Part shown: positions 44,337-54,210 of the stretch, piece after piece | Layout: each line of letters opens with the position of its first letter | How positions within the stretch are numbered: position 1 is the stretch's first letter | DNA from: Candidatus Parcubacteria bacterium | Lineage (GTDB): Bacteria > Patescibacteriota > Saccharimonadia > Saccharimonadales > 2-12-FULL-41-12 | Length of the DNA stretch: 64,000 bases | Reading direction: 5' to 3' | Assembly (NCBI GenBank): GCA_019347895.1 | Contig: JAHWKM010000003.1 | Span: 771-64,770 of the forward strand | Program-made: the position numbers and the translations under genes | The notes under the pieces: generated by a model | The model's input: only the letters and a program-made list of their open reading frames with translations | Databases searched by the model: none | Told to the model about the DNA's origin: nothing

Positions 44337-45404
44337 ATGAGTTCTTACGGCTATTTTTATAAAGACAAACCGATTTTCGGCCTTGATATTGGATTTAATA
44401 CCATCAAGGTTATGCAGCTGGAAGAACATTCCCGGCAGTACAGGGTGATAGGCTACGGCATCGGCGGGTTTAAAAGCGAAGCTATAAAAGACGGCGTAAT
44501 CGTCGACTATGAGCATTTAGCCCAAGCAATTTTAAATTTGTTCAAAAACAACATTGTCGGCGAGATAACCACCAAACGCGTCGCAGTTAGCATCCCGGCA
44601 ACTCGTACTTTTCCGCACGCTATAAGTTTGCCGGTTCTTTCCGGCAAAGCCTTGGACGAAGCCGTTATGCTGGAGTCTGAGCAGACCATTCCATTGCCGA
44701 TGTCCGACCTTTATATTGATTATGAAACTATTGGCAAGACCGCTGATTCTATAGAAATCCAAACTGTCGCGGTGCCTCGTAAAATTGTCGACTCGTATTT
44801 GGATCTGATGAAAATTATAGGGCTGGAACCGGTAGTTTTTGACAGCAGCATCAAAGCCGCCGGGCGCTTGTTTAACCGCCAAGAAGAAAATAGCGACATA
44901 CCTGCCGTATTAATTGATTTCGGGTCAGTATCGGCCGACATCGCCATCCAGGATAAAACCAGCATAATTACCGGTACGATACCGGCCGGCAGCGATATAT
45001 TTACCGATTTGCTGGCTAAAGGACTTAAAATAAGCCGGGAAGAAGCCTTGGTAATAAAGACCAAATACGGAATCGGCAAGAGTAAAAAACAAGCTGAAAT
45101 AATCGACTTATTAAAACCTGAACTAGAGCAGATTGTTCGCGAAGTGCGCCGGGTAATCCGCTACTACGAGGAAAGGTCCACTACGGGGAATAAGGTCGGC
45201 CAAATAATTACCATGGGCGGAGGCGCTAATTTGCCGGGACTTTCCGGTTATTTGACGGATTTGCTCCGGCTGCCGGTGCGGACTAGCGAGCCCTGGCAAG
45301 ATTTTAAATTGAAGAAACTCAAAGCTCCGAGTCAAAATGAAAAAACAGTTTTCGTGACAGTTTCCGGGCTGTGTATGATCAAACCTGGGGAAATCTTCGC
45401 ATGA
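44337..45404 (+). CDS. pilM: type IV pilus assembly protein PilM (actin-like ATPase fold)
   Basis: GLDIGFNTIKVMQL...LIDFGSVSADIAI...ITMGGGANLPGL pattern. Confidence 0.8.
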   Translation: MSSYGYFYKDKPIFGLDIGFNTIKVMQLEEHSRQYRVIGYGIGGFKSEAIKDGVIVDYEHLAQAILNLFKNNIVGEITTKRVAVSIPATRTFPHAISLPVLSGKALDEAVMLESEQTIPLPMSDLYIDYETIGKTADSIEIQTVAVPRKIVDSYLDLMKIIGLEPVVFDSSIKAAGRLFNRQEENSDIPAVLIDFGSVSADIAIQDKTSIITGTIPAGSDIFTDLLAKGLKISREEALVIKTKYGIGKSKKQAEIIDLLKPELEQIVREVRRVIRYYEERSTTGNKVGQIITMGGGANLPGLSGYLTDLLRLPVRTSEPWQDFKLKKLKAPSQNEKTVFVTVSGLCMIKPGEIFA

Positions 45405-46006
45405 TAAATTTACTACCTTCAGATTATAAAACTAATATAATTTATGCCCGCCGCAACTGGTTGTTTAGAAAATGGATTTTTACCCTTATAATCGCCCTGT
45501 TTGGCAGCTTGGCTATTATCGCGGGCGGCTATATCTTTATGGACCAATCGATTAAGGACCAAACCAGGGGCATGGAAGCCGCCCGCGCTGATTTAGAGGC
45601 TGATAATATCGAGGGCACCAGAAAAGAACTAAGCGAAATATCAACTAATACCAAACTGATCTTGCAGGTCCTCTCCAAAGAAGTGCTCTTTTCTAAACTC
45701 ATAAGACAGCTGGGCGCTTCCTTGCCGGCTAACACCGCCCTTGAGGAAGTCAAAATTGATGACCTGGACGGCAGCGTAAATTTGCGGGCTGTAGCCACTA
45801 GTGTGGATTCCGCCACACAGATCCAGGTAAATCTTAATGACCCGGGCAATAAAATTTTTGAGAAGGCCGATATAGAAAATATTACCTGCGAAAAGGGCGA
45901 AGAAAGCAGCCCCTACCCCTGCATCGTCCAACTGAAAGCTTTGTTCTCCAAAAATAACCCCTACACTTACGTTCCGGCAACGACGGGGACGGAGAAAAGC
46001 CCATGA
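45401..46006 (+). CDS. pilN: PilN-like pilus assembly protein
   Basis: MINLLPSDYK start overlapping the pilM stop (ATGA). Single TM. Confidence 0.65.
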   Translation: MINLLPSDYKTNIIYARRNWLFRKWIFTLIIALFGSLAIIAGGYIFMDQSIKDQTRGMEAARADLEADNIEGTRKELSEISTNTKLILQVLSKEVLFSKLIRQLGASLPANTALEEVKIDDLDGSVNLRAVATSVDSATQIQVNLNDPGNKIFEKADIENITCEKGEESSPYPCIVQLKALFSKNNPYTYVPATTGTEKSP

Positions 46007-46608
46007 CGCCTAAACGCTTATATTTTCTGATTCTTGGCCTGTCGGCGCTTATTTTTATTGCGCTAATAGCTTCGGTTTTTGCCGGCAACTATCTGCTGAA
46101 GCAGCAATCGGAAAAATTAAGCCAGGCCAAGGCTGAAGCCCAGGCTATAGATAACCAGAAGGTATCGCTGGCCCAGGCTAAAAATGATCTTGAGCAGTAC
46201 GCCGAACTAAACGAAATCGCCAAGTCGGTGGTGCCGCAAGACAAAGACCAGGCCAAAACCGTTCGGGAGATTAATAAAATTGCCGGCGCCAGCGGCATCG
46301 AACTAAGCCAAATCTCATTCCAAAGTTCTACACTGGGCCAAAGAGCACCGACTTCTTCCGATACGCAATCTAAATTGCCGGCCATAACCCAGGTCCAGCC
46401 GGTCCCGGGAATCAACGGAGTTTACGCACTTGAAATCACCATAGTGTCCAGCAAAGACCCGATCCCTTATTATAAGTTCCTGGAATTTTTGGAAGGGCTG
46501 GAAAATAACCGCCGTACCGCCCACGTGAAGAGCATCTCGGTAAGCCCGGTAGCCGCTGGCGCCAACGTGACCTTTTTATTAAAACTTAACGCCTATTTAA
46601 AGCCATAA
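46003..46608 (+). CDS. pilO: PilO-like pilus assembly protein
   Basis: N-terminal TM plus coiled coil. ATGA overlap with pilN. Confidence 0.6.
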   Translation: MTPKRLYFLILGLSALIFIALIASVFAGNYLLKQQSEKLSQAKAEAQAIDNQKVSLAQAKNDLEQYAELNEIAKSVVPQDKDQAKTVREINKIAGASGIELSQISFQSSTLGQRAPTSSDTQSKLPAITQVQPVPGINGVYALEITIVSSKDPIPYYKFLEFLEGLENNRRTAHVKSISVSPVAAGANVTFLLKLNAYLKP

Positions 46609-46610
46609 TT

Positions 46611-46925
46611 ATGAGTACTAACGCCAACCTTGACATCAAACAATTTTCAGCCGGTTTTAAAAAACTAGGCGCGTTTTTAAAAAAACACGCTCCGATTATT
46701 TTTATAGTCACGGTGTTCGTCATTTACGGTTTTTTGATATTTCAGATTAACCGCCTGTCAACCGCCGAGCCGTCCCAAGAGCAAATCGCCGAGCAGCAAA
46801 ACCTCATTCAGAGGCTTAAGATCGACCAAGAAACCGTTGACAGGATTGAACGGCTGCAAGACCAAAACGTCAGCATTCAGTCCTTGTTCAAAGCTGCCCG
46901 GGACAACCCTTTCCGCGATAATTAG
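46611..46925 (+). CDS. small membrane protein, last gene of pilus cluster
   Basis: 104 aa with one TM (IIFIVTVFVIYGFLIF). Confidence 0.4.
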   Translation: MSTNANLDIKQFSAGFKKLGAFLKKHAPIIFIVTVFVIYGFLIFQINRLSTAEPSQEQIAEQQNLIQRLKIDQETVDRIERLQDQNVSIQSLFKAARDNPFRDN

Positions 46926-46927
46926 GT

Positions 46928-47611
46928 TTAGATATTGCCGGGCTGGCGGTTGCCGCTGTGCTTTTTAAAGTAGGCCGCGCGGGCGTCCTGCAGGGCCTTG
47001 GCATAGGCGTTCGGGTTGGGACAGTATTTAAAAATAAAGTTGTTTTGCTCGCCGGCGGTTTCGACCTTTAAGGTTCCGTAGTTAAAAAGTGTAGGGAAAA
47101 TACCATGTTGCTCGGCAGTTACGTCCTCGACGTTTTCCATGGTCAGTTCGGAAACCTTGCGGCTAAATAAACCAATTTGCAAAACCTGGGTTACGTTGAT
47201 ATCGGTAATTATTAGCTGGTTGGAATTGTAGATTTTGGTGACCAGCACCAAAAATAAGGCGCCCAGCGTAATTACTATAAGACTCAGCAGCATTACCGCG
47301 GATTTAGCGGTTCCGCCGTTTCCAAACACGCTTGGAGTCAGGAAAATAATCAGCCCTAAAGCCAGCCCGATAGCTAAAATAGTTTCCAGATATTTAATAA
47401 ACAGGCCAAAAAAGTGCCGGCGGATGTCAGCAATTTTTACTTCTTCCTGGTTAATATCCTCTACCCGTCCTAGCGGATTAAAAACGTGCTGGCGATCTGA
47501 AAATGCTGACTCGGTTATCGGATGCCGGGCCGGCTTTTTTTCTTTGATAGTATCGGTGGCAATTTTACCCAGATAGGTTCCAAAGGGTTCGGGGCGCTGG
47601 TTTTTATTCAT
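46928..47611 (-). CDS. membrane protein with bacterial PH (YdbT/bPH_2-like) domain
   Basis: Two TM helices, then QLIITDINVTQVLQIGLFSRKVSELTMENVEDV...GTLKVETAG. Confidence 0.45.
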   Translation of the reverse strand: MNKNQRPEPFGTYLGKIATDTIKEKKPARHPITESAFSDRQHVFNPLGRVEDINQEEVKIADIRRHFFGLFIKYLETILAIGLALGLIIFLTPSVFGNGGTAKSAVMLLSLIVITLGALFLVLVTKIYNSNQLIITDINVTQVLQIGLFSRKVSELTMENVEDVTAEQHGIFPTLFNYGTLKVETAGEQNNFIFKYCPNPNAYAKALQDARAAYFKKHSGNRQPGNI

Positions 47612-47621
47612 TTGCCGATAA

Positions 47622-48653
47622 TTATACCAGTTTAGTTTGATCTGGCGGCTTATGAGATTTTTTGCCTAGGTGAGTATATGCCTTATCCGTAATCTTACGG
47701 CCGCGCGGCGTTCGTTCCAGCAGCCCGATCTGCATGAGGTAGGGCTCAAAAAAATCTTCAATGGTGCTGCGTTCGTCGCCGGTTAGCGCGGCGATAGTCT
47801 CCACGCCCACCGGGCCGCCGCGGTGATGTTCGATAATAGTTTCCAGCATGCGCCTGTCGGCCGGATCCAAGCCCAGCTCGTCCACCTCCATCATTATCAT
47901 AGCCTTCTCGGCAGTCTTGGTATCTACTATGCCGTCACCGTTTACGTCCGCATAATCGCGTACCCGCTTCAGCAGACGATTGGCTATACGAGGGGTTAGG
48001 CGAGCCCGGGCGGCTAAATGTTCAGCCGCCCCTTTGTCGATTGGAACGCCTAAAATATTGGCTGCGCGGGCAATAATCTGTGCGACTTCCAGGGTTGTAT
48101 AAAATTCCAGCCGCTGCTGCAATCCAAAGCGGTCGCGAAGAGGCGCGGCCAATGCGCCGGTTCTGGTAGTGGCGCCTATTATCGTAAATTTGGGCAGGTC
48201 AAGCCGCAAACTGCGCGCACTCGGACCTTTGCCGAGCATAATATCCAGTTTGAAATCTTCCATGGCGGCATACAGCACTTCCTCAATGCTGCGATGCAAG
48301 CGATGTATTTCGTCAATAAATAAAATATCGCCGTCCTGCAAATTTGTAAGCAAACTGGCCAAATCGCCCGCCCTCTCTATCGCCGGACCGCTGGTAACGC
48401 GTATCTGGGCGCCCATTTCGTTGGCTATTACGCTGGCCATTGTAGTTTTTCCCAGGCCCGGCGGACCGTAAAGCAGCACGTGGTCAATCGGCTCGCCCCG
48501 CTTTTTGGCGGCGGCGATGGCCAGCTGCAGAGCCTTTTTCATCCGCTCCTGGCCGATATAATTGTCAAAATCAGCCGGCCGCAGCGTTAGCTCGATCTTT
48601 TCTTCCTGTTCGTTTTCCGGCTGGTTAGCCGATACGATTCTCTCTACCGTCAT
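47622..48653 (-). CDS. ruvB: Holliday junction branch migration helicase RuvB
   Basis: [22 protein letters not shown]. Canonical RuvB. Confidence 0.95.
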   Translation of the reverse strand: MTVERIVSANQPENEQEEKIELTLRPADFDNYIGQERMKKALQLAIAAAKKRGEPIDHVLLYGPPGLGKTTMASVIANEMGAQIRVTSGPAIERAGDLASLLTNLQDGDILFIDEIHRLHRSIEEVLYAAMEDFKLDIMLGKGPSARSLRLDLPKFTIIGATTRTGALAAPLRDRFGLQQRLEFYTTLEVAQIIARAANILGVPIDKGAAEHLAARARLTPRIANRLLKRVRDYADVNGDGIVDTKTAEKAMIMMEVDELGLDPADRRMLETIIEHHRGGPVGVETIAALTGDERSTIEDFFEPYLMQIGLLERTPRGRKITDKAYTHLGKKSHKPPDQTKLV

Positions 48654-49234
48654 TGCAAGTTCCTTGTTAAGGCCATCTTAATGCGTTCTTCGGTTGAGAG
48701 GGTTTTCTCGACCTTATCCAAAGCTGTCTGGGCGTCTGCCTCGGTGTAGCCCAGCGCTATCAAGGCTTGGACAGCTTCATCGCTTGCGTCCACACCTCCT
48801 CGATTAACGATTTCCTCCGCCGTCTCGCTAGCCGCCAAGCCGACTTTATCGCGCAGTTCAACCACGATCTGTTCGGCCGCCCGTTTGCCAACCCCTTTAG
48901 CGCTCTTTATAAGCTTAACATCGCCGCCGGCAATGGAGCTTCTGACCCGGCTCTCGGGACCGAGGTTCATCACTGCCATGGCCACTTTCGGACCGACATT
49001 TTTAGCCGTCAACAGCTGCTGGAAAAGCTGCTTGCCGGTTATTTCTATAAATCCGAACAGTTCATAGGCGTCTTCCCGTATATGTTCATAAATGTAGAAT
49101 TTGACATTATCGCCCGTGGTTAGCCTGGCGGCATCGTTAGAGCTTATCTTTATACCGTAACCTACACCGTTTACATCAATTACCGCACTCTCCAAACCTT
49201 TGTCGGCCACATCACCTTTTAAATACGCAATCAT
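48650..49234 (-). CDS. ruvA: Holliday junction DNA-binding protein RuvA
   Basis: MIAYLKGDV start, HhH motifs ([28 protein letters not shown]). Confidence 0.85.
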   Translation of the reverse strand: MIAYLKGDVADKGLESAVIDVNGVGYGIKISSNDAARLTTGDNVKFYIYEHIREDAYELFGFIEITGKQLFQQLLTAKNVGPKVAMAVMNLGPESRVRSSIAGGDVKLIKSAKGVGKRAAEQIVVELRDKVGLAASETAEEIVNRGGVDASDEAVQALIALGYTEADAQTALDKVEKTLSTEERIKMALTRNLQ

Positions 49235-49263
49235 TAGCCACAATTATACCTATAAATAGGCAC

Positions 49264-49740
49264 TTAGGCGAAACGAGCTGTCATGCTATGGCAGATGGCA
49301 GTTGCTAACGCGTCGGCGCAGTCGTCTGGTTTGGGTATATCTTTGAGTTTTAAAACTACCCGGACCATTTCCTGAATTTGTTTTTTTTCGGCCCGGCCAT
49401 AACCGGTTAATGCCTGTTTAATTTGCAGCGGCGTGTATTCGAAAACCGACAGGCCGTTTTGCTGGCCACAGAGTAAAACTACGCCACGGGCTTGAGCGAC
49501 CGTCATCGCCGTTGTCACATTTTGGGCAAAAAATAGTTTTTCTACCGCCATTACTTCCGGCTTGTGCTGTTTTATAATTTCGGTCAGTTCGTCAAAAATC
49601 GTCTTCAGTCGGACGCTGCTTTCTTGGTTGACCGGTGTCTTGATTACCCCGCCATCCAGCAAACTAGCCCGATTGCCATCAGCTTCAATCACTCCAAAAC
49701 CTAAGATTCCTGTCCCCGGATCAATCCCTAATATTTTCAT
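49264..49740 (-). CDS. ruvC: crossover junction endodeoxyribonuclease RuvC
   Basis: MKILGIDPGT...AVEKLFF...DCADALATAICH. Confidence 0.9.
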   Translation of the reverse strand: MKILGIDPGTGILGFGVIEADGNRASLLDGGVIKTPVNQESSVRLKTIFDELTEIIKQHKPEVMAVEKLFFAQNVTTAMTVAQARGVVLLCGQQNGLSVFEYTPLQIKQALTGYGRAEKKQIQEMVRVVLKLKDIPKPDDCADALATAICHSMTARFA

Positions 49741-50462
49741 ACCAAATTATCGGAAACGTCGAAATTTACATGGGTTTTAGTGACGTCATCCAGATTTTCC
49801 AGCGCGTCCATTAGGCGCTCGATTTTACCGGCGGTGGAAGCGTCGCTAATTTCAATGATATTCTTCGGAAGGTAGCTGAGCTGTGCTTCGGTTATTTCTA
49901 TGTTTTTGGTTTTTAAGCTGTCTCTGACTTCGGCTAATTTTTTCGGCTCGGTATAAACTATAATTTCGCCGTCGTCTTCTTCGGCGTCTTCCGCGCCGGC
50001 ATCCAGAATTTCCAGCAGCAGCTCTTCGCCGCCGCCCTTAACTCTTATTACGCCTTTTGAATCGAATTGAAAGGCCACGGCGCCTTTTTCGGCTATGCCG
50101 CCGCCGTGCTTGCTAAAGACGTTGCGAACATCAGGATAAGTCCGGTTAATGTTGTCGGTAGCGCACTCCACAAGGATAGCCGCTCCTCCAGGTCCGTAGC
50201 CTTCATACATAACTTCTTGTATTTGTTCGCCGCCTAGTTTTCCGCTGCCGCGGTCAATCGCCCGCTGAATATTATTGGCCGGCATATTGGCTTGCTTGGC
50301 CTTGTCTATCGCCAAACGGAGCGAAAAGTTCATTTCCGGATCATCGCCTGCCCTAGCCGCTATGGCGATAGCGTTGCCCAGCTTTGTAAAAACCGCTCCA
50401 CGCTTAGCATCCTCTATTGCCTTGCCGCGGTGAATCTTAGCCCATTTGCTGTGTCCTGACAT
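49737..50462 (-). CDS. yebC: YebC/PmpR family DNA-binding regulator
   Basis: MSGHSKWAKIHRGKA... Confidence 0.9.
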   Translation of the reverse strand: MSGHSKWAKIHRGKAIEDAKRGAVFTKLGNAIAIAARAGDDPEMNFSLRLAIDKAKQANMPANNIQRAIDRGSGKLGGEQIQEVMYEGYGPGGAAILVECATDNINRTYPDVRNVFSKHGGGIAEKGAVAFQFDSKGVIRVKGGGEELLLEILDAGAEDAEEDDGEIIVYTEPKKLAEVRDSLKTKNIEITEAQLSYLPKNIIEISDASTAGKIERLMDALENLDDVTKTHVNFDVSDNLV

Positions 50463-50608
50463 ATAGGGTTATTATAACATTTTTAACCATAATTAACTTT
50501 ATAAAAATTCGAGGCCTACTTGCTTGCAGCACGGAGATATTTACACTATAAGTTGATAAAATGCTTATGTTTTGTGGCATAATGTAGGCTGTAATAAAGG
50601 ACAGATAG

Positions 50609-50785
50609 ATGGCAAAACGCAAAAAACGCGAGAGGGATTACGAAAGCGGCGGAGTCGGCTTTGTTGGCTCGGCTTTGCTCGGCGCCGGAGCCGGCTTATT
50701 ATTCGGCGAGCTGTTAGCTGGTCTATTCATAGGTGTAGGCGCCGGCTTCATCGTCCTCGCCCATTTTACCCGAATACAAGAGTAA
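50609..50785 (+). CDS. small glycine-zipper membrane protein (58 aa)
   Basis: MAKRKKRERDYESGGVGFVGSALLGAGAGLLFGELLAGLFIGVGAGFIVLAHFTRIQE*. SD AAGGA upstream. Replaces the overlapping track ORF 50572..50808, which is Arg-rich and in a different frame. Confidence 0.45.
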   Translation: MAKRKKRERDYESGGVGFVGSALLGAGAGLLFGELLAGLFIGVGAGFIVLAHFTRIQE

Positions 50786-50872
50786 ATCAGACTTTTTATA
50801 AAATCTAGCAAACATAATTTATTAGAAATACATTCCCTTCCCTAAAAGTTTATGCCTTATTAACACAAATAT

Positions 50873-51997
50873 TTAGGGATGGCCGCTGATAAAGTGACGG
50901 GGATCTGCCGCTTTGCCATTTACTCGAATTTCAAAATGCACGTGCGGACCCGTCGAAACGCCTGTTGAGCCTACGAGACCGAGCGTAGTGTTCTTATCAA
51001 CTGTTTCCCCGGCGTGGACAGAAATTGAGGCGAGATGAGCGTATACTGAAGTCACACCGCTTCCGTGATCTATTACCACATGATTACCCAGTCCTTTGCT
51101 TGACTTTACTGTTTCGATAACGCGCCCGGGCTTAAAGGGCTTCACAGCCGTGACCCCTGAAGACTTCCCATCACTAATATCTATTCCGGTATGTGTGGCT
51201 TGATACGGCCAGTGATTTACGCCAAAGTGGGTAGTAATTTTGCCATGAATCGGCCATGCCGGCGTTGAATCAGTCTGAGATGCATGGCTGGGATTTGTAT
51301 TCATTGCGAGTCGTGCCTCTTTCAGCGCAGGCGAGTTCGGATCAATTATCGGCACAGGCGAGTGATCGGCCGGCCTTATGACAGCAGTGACAATAGCCGA
51401 ATTGGAAATGAATTCTAACGCAGCGCCAGGAAGAGAAAGAACGTACCCCGCACCGCTGGCGATAGCACCGGCGGCAGACCCAAAGCCATTGCTGATAGCA
51501 CCTGCGGCGGATCCAAAACCATTACCTAGAGCACCTGCGGCAGACCCTACCCCACTGCCGACACCGTTAACCGTAAATTTAAGACCGTTGCCAAGAGTAG
51601 GTGTTACAGACCCTAAAAGGTTTCCTGTTTTGCGTCCTATGGCTACTGTCCCGGAAGCTGCATTATCTGCAAGAGATCTGGTGCTCTGAGCAGCAAAATC
51701 ACCGCTTTGGCTGACAGTTCCACCAACGGATTGTAAAAGATTGCTAGCAGTATTTTCTGTAGCAATTATGGTTTTTTCCGTTTCATTTGCGGCCGTAAGC
51801 ATACCGGCAGTTATAACATTTGGATCGTCAGAAACGCTTATGGCCTGCTCGTCATCAGAAAAATTCTTTTGTTCAGCCTGTGCGCTGCTGTCTTCTATGG
51901 TCGAAAAAAGAAATGCTAACAGCAGTAAGATCGCAACAATAAGCACACTGAAGTATAAAAATTGCAATTTGTGTAGTAAATTTACGTTCCCAATCAT
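50873..51997 (-). CDS. M23 family peptidase with N-terminal anchor and Gly/Ser/Ala-rich repeats
   Basis: HTGIDI...GSTGVSTGPHVHFEI LytM motifs. Repeats GNGFGSAAGAISNGFGSAAGA. Confidence 0.75.
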   Translation of the reverse strand: MIGNVNLLHKLQFLYFSVLIVAILLLLAFLFSTIEDSSAQAEQKNFSDDEQAISVSDDPNVITAGMLTAANETEKTIIATENTASNLLQSVGGTVSQSGDFAAQSTRSLADNAASGTVAIGRKTGNLLGSVTPTLGNGLKFTVNGVGSGVGSAAGALGNGFGSAAGAISNGFGSAAGAIASGAGYVLSLPGAALEFISNSAIVTAVIRPADHSPVPIIDPNSPALKEARLAMNTNPSHASQTDSTPAWPIHGKITTHFGVNHWPYQATHTGIDISDGKSSGVTAVKPFKPGRVIETVKSSKGLGNHVVIDHGSGVTSVYAHLASISVHAGETVDKNTTLGLVGSTGVSTGPHVHFEIRVNGKAADPRHFISGHP

Positions 51998-52316
51998 AGT
52001 GCCTGCACTTACATACCCCGTTTAGTACGAATAGTATACTATACACTATATTAGTACTTTTAGCACGTTCTTGTTAGTTTTAAGCTCATACTTATAGCAT
52101 ACTAAGGGAAATACTGCGGGGGCGAGGTATTATTGGCAGCAGCTTACCAATATCCGATATACAAAGACGGGCTCAATTGCTATTCCTAGATGTGTTGCAC
52201 TACCTAGTGACTAGGTGCTTGTGGACGACCTACTCGTCGAATAGCAGCAATACAGACCCCACTAGCAAGGGTTATATTGAGGTGGCCATTCCTAGATTGT
52301 TTACAGGTACTAATAA

Positions 52317-53405
52317 CTAAGTGTTAGCAGGTAATTCAACAGGTGGTCGCAAGTGGCTACGGTCATAGCGCGGTTCAGCATCCGTAAGGCCAGCGCCGCC
52401 GCTAGCAAAGAAATTAGCAATGGCTATTTCGCCTGCAATAGCAGCAGCCTCGCGCTTATAAAAACGCCTTTCCCTGAAGTGAGATGAGCGTGCAAGTACC
52501 CTATAACCATCCATCACTGTCTGTTGAGGAGCACCATAATCATCAAGGTCATATACAGCAGCTTTAAGTAGCTCTTTTTCAGGCCCCTTAACTTTATCTT
52601 TCTGAGGTAAAATTCTTAATATTCCCGACTGAGCCTCTACAATGTGTTTAGCTAATTCATCAACCTCGGCTGTATGGCGGCTTGGCTCGCCTTGCGCCAT
52701 AACACTTTTGAGACGTGTTTTTAGTAAGTCACTAGCAGCCTTAAAAGTTACCACTGCATTATCTGGTTCACCTTTACGTTCATAGGCAGCCCCTAGCTCA
52801 ATTGCGCCCACACCTGCGGCGTGAAGATCACCACGTTCACCAAGGGAATTTACAGCGGTAGTCCATGCGCTTACTTCATTCCCTTCAATAGCTTCGCGAC
52901 CTTTTTGAGCTATGCTTTCTAAATCTTGCTTATCGTCATAAGGATTATCAAATGCTGCTTGCATAGCAAGATGCATTTGTCTCAGACTACCCTTTAACGC
53001 ATCCATGGCAACATCACGCTCAGTTTCATCACCTTGCGGTATGCGTTTCGGCTGCTCAAGTGGGTCTTTCATGCTCATAGCTCTCACCACACAGCCCTGG
53101 TTATACATAAAAGCTCCGCCACGCCATGGTATATCAAGCGCCATCCTAGCTGATATGACCGCCTCGGCTGACTTTTCATCGACAAGTGAACGGGCGGCAT
53201 CAATTCTTGGCTCCTGAAATGCCTTACGCCCAGCATCATATTCTCGGACCCATTGTTCCTCTGCCCTAGGATTATGGTTAATCTCAACGTGTGCGATGTG
53301 AGGAGTGGCACCCTTGCCGGTCAGCCAATGACCTGGATTGCCCCGCTCAATCCAGCTTTCTACATTTAATGGTGGTCCAAAATATGGTGACGGCTCGGCT
53401 GCCAT
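52317..53405 (-). CDS. hypothetical protein
   Basis: 362-aa ORF with no motif assignable by eye. Confidence 0.45.
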   Translation of the reverse strand: MAAEPSPYFGPPLNVESWIERGNPGHWLTGKGATPHIAHVEINHNPRAEEQWVREYDAGRKAFQEPRIDAARSLVDEKSAEAVISARMALDIPWRGGAFMYNQGCVVRAMSMKDPLEQPKRIPQGDETERDVAMDALKGSLRQMHLAMQAAFDNPYDDKQDLESIAQKGREAIEGNEVSAWTTAVNSLGERGDLHAAGVGAIELGAAYERKGEPDNAVVTFKAASDLLKTRLKSVMAQGEPSRHTAEVDELAKHIVEAQSGILRILPQKDKVKGPEKELLKAAVYDLDDYGAPQQTVMDGYRVLARSSHFRERRFYKREAAAIAGEIAIANFFASGGAGLTDAEPRYDRSHLRPPVELPANT

Positions 53406-53590
53406 AATAACTCCTAGTTAGTTGTCATTACTGTAAAACTTAGTTTTACTACAAGCAAGCATGAGCAAAATTAAAACGACGTTATCTAGCATATCTAAAG
53501 TCGGAGTTGAGGATGATAATGATTCCTAGTAACACTTATACACTTGTTAAACAAATACCATTAAGAAGTTAGTGCTCGAGGTGTTTTCAT

Positions 53591-53881
53591 TGGAGGGTCC
53601 GGTGGGACTCGGCCACATCCTGCGGTCACTTTTCGCGACCCCGCTAGTTACATACTTTGAACGAGTTCAAAATCTGAAACGTAGCCTTACAAAAAGTCCC
53701 CAACTTTTCTCAACTGGAACTTTCATACTTACAGCATGCTGAAAATCTGAAAGGTTCCCTTGAGAACGTCCACTGGACGTTCTCACCCCCGACACCCTTT
53801 TGGCGTGCCGTGTTTTCAAATCTCACCAGTGAGATTCTCCAAACAAAAAACCCAGCTCTAAGCTGAGTTCTTTGTTTGGAG
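53591..53881 (-). ncRNA. class-1 tRNA-satellite element, long variant (Lys type) with duplicated middle module, ends in CCA
   Basis: Minus strand reads ...CGGCACGCC-AAAA-GGGTGTCGGGGGT|GAGAACGTCCAGTGGACGTTCTCAAGGGAACC-TTTCAGATTTTCAGCATGCTGTAAGTATGAAAG...GTTTCAGATTTTGAACTCGTTCAAAGTATG...GACCGCAGGATGTGGC|CGAGTCCCACCGGACCCTCCA. Confidence 0.45.
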
Positions 53882-54114
53882 TGTCCGGTGGGACTCGCCT
53901 CGCAAGAAAAAGAAAAAATACTTTTTCTAATGCGACCCCAAAGGCCTCTGGCCTTTCTGGGGCAAGGGGCCGGGTGAGAACTGCCCGGTGGCAGTTCGCA
54001 GAGCCGGAAGCGCGACGGCGCGCTGAGGCGGGCTCGCGAAATCCGCCAGCAGGCGGATATTTGTGAGTTGCCGAGTAGGCAATCCCGTTCGAGTCCCAAC
54101 GGAAACATCCTCCA
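53877..54114 (+). ncRNA. class-2-like tRNA-satellite element on the plus strand, ends in T-arm-like hairpin and CCA
   Basis: TGGAGTGTCCGGTGGGACTCG (antisense Lys 3' end)...CCCCAAAGGCC-TCT-GGCCTTTCTGGGG...GGGT|GAGAACTGCCCGGTGGCAGTTCGCAGAGCCGGAAGCGCGACGGCGCGCT...CCGTTCGAGTCCCAACGGAAACATCCTCCA. Palindromic hairpins flank it at 53837-53881 and 54110-54151. Confidence 0.35.
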
Positions 54115-54210
54115 AACGAAAAACTCCCATTCGGGAGTTCATAGTTTGGAGAAGCAAGGTGCAAACTATTGCAACTGAACTACAAAAGAACCACAATCTT
54201 TTTATTGCAA

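Noticed and set aside
50572-50808. Track ORF 50572..50808(+), 78 aa and Arg-rich
   Set aside because: A different frame gives a 58-aa glycine-zipper membrane protein with an SD sequence (50609..50785). The track ORF looks like an out-of-frame artefact.
53591-53881. tmRNA (including two-piece/permuted) or T-box leader
   Set aside because: There is no Ala-type G3:U70 acceptor, no tag ORF, and the copies are multiple and isoacceptor-specific, all of which argue against tmRNA. Against a T-box, there is no specifier loop or T-box 14-mer, and no aminoacyl-tRNA synthetase or amino-acid gene lies downstream.
53710-54196. Four overlapping track ORFs (53710..54108-, 53823..54164-, 53872..54066+, 53927..54196-) and ORFs 54758..55063, 54792..54986, 55044..55241
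   Set aside because: They lie entirely in tRNA-derived structured sequence or across tRNA-Lys(UUU). They overlap one another in several frames and have no RBS or domain signal.
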